Origin: a virus
Taxonomy: Duplodnaviria; Caudoviricetes
Strand: one strand, 5' to 3'
Virus record (IMG/VR): IMGVR_UViG_3300020044_005702
Coordinates: 1-53,602 of that record
Length of the DNA stretch: 53,602 nt
Shown here: piece by piece, positions 52,997-53,602 of the stretch
Numbering within the stretch: the stretch's first letter is position 1
Layout of the letters: each line of letters opens with the position of its first letter
Made by a program: the position numbers and the translations under genes
Notes under the pieces: generated by a model
Seen by the model: only the letters and a program-made list of their open reading frames with translations
Database searches by the model: none
What the model was told of the DNA's origin: nothing

Positions 52997-53600
52997 TCTT
53001 TTCTCCTTCTAACATAAGCCTCATGTGTTTGCTGTACACCATTGATTGTAATACATCAAACTCGACATTACGACAGTTTACTTTATGGAACAACGTAGAC
53101 ATCTCCAACATTGTTGCTCCAATTATTTTGTAATCAAGTACTTCGTCATCCTCTCTTTCTATTAAAAATGTATCCAGTAATTCATCACCAACTGTATCAA
53201 TTAGTACATTGCCATCTTTATCTTTGGCTAACTCACCTGTTGATTTATGTTCCATCCATAACCAAATTGATTCTGCGTTTGGATACAACATCAATGTGGG
53301 ATAAACGGTTGTAAGTGATGTGTTCCTCTCATTAAATGTGTGTACTAACATTGGAGTGTCATCTAATACGATTGCTCTATATCTAAAGCAAACCTCAAAT
53401 GGTGACCAGTCAATGATTGAGTAGCTACCCTCTTCAATACCTATTGTTTTAATTTTTTCGGATGCATCCCAAAGAGATGTCCATACTGCTATGAATTTCC
53501 AGTCTCCTATTTTTACAGTGAGTACGTTGTCTGCAACGTCATCTTTGATGGCTATGTACCATTTGCTAAGTGCATTTGCTGTTATGTTTTTGTCGTGATT
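52989..53600 (-). CDS. Hypothetical protein, 5'-truncated by the window edge
   Basis: By hand, the frame of 52989..53351 stays open to the window end (NHDKNITANALSKWY...), so the listed ATG is probably internal. Confidence 0.65.
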   Translation of the reverse strand, partial: NHDKNITANALSKWYIAIKDDVADNVLTVKIGDWKFIAVWTSLWDASEKIKTIGIEEGSYSIIDWSPFEVCFRYRAIVLDDTPMLVHTFNERNTSLTTVYPTLMLYPNAESIWLWMEHKSTGELAKDKDGNVLIDTVGDELLDTFLIEREDDEVLDYKIIGATMLEMSTLFHKVNCRNVEFDVLQSMVYSKHMRLMLEGEKNV

Positions 53601-53602
53601 CT

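Noticed and set aside
1-53602. Stop-codon reassignment, introns or inteins
   Set aside because: Genes tile densely under the standard code with all three stops used; TerL, DnaB and ThyX are of normal length.

Overview
A 53.6-kb, densely coding piece of a tailed dsDNA phage genome with podovirus-type virion organisation; both ends cut through genes. Plus strand, in order: a LuxR-type HTH regulator; a cluster of Lys/Met-rich orphan genes interleaved with a thermonuclease, tRNA-Leu(UAA), thyX and ssb; a 1649-aa orphan; terminase small and large subunits, portal, scaffold, major capsid, decoration and two adaptor proteins; two holin-like genes; two tandem three-gene appendage cassettes; a small structural subunit paired with an 18-20-aa tandem-repeat protein; a nozzle; three ejection-type proteins (251, 635 and 4514 aa, the last with an HExxH motif); and a CHAP endolysin. 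A convergent minus-strand block encodes DnaB, a loader, an HTH initiator, an LmbU-like protein, a Gam-like protein and a Sak/Rad52-like annealase. No tape measure, sheath, integrase, DNA polymerase or CRISPR array is visible. The strongest leads are all inferences needing tests: (1) a peptide shared between the scaffold C-terminus and several orphan basic proteins, possibly a capsid cargo-loading tag, with one tagged gene flanked by exact 19-bp repeats; (2) duplicated three-gene appendage cassettes with a conserved anchor domain; (3) a repeat protein that may set the length of a beaded fibre; (4) a block-swapped domain in the decoration protein; (5) a promoter- and terminator-bounded structured RNA of about 114 nt. 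Family calls come from motif recognition only; no searches were run.
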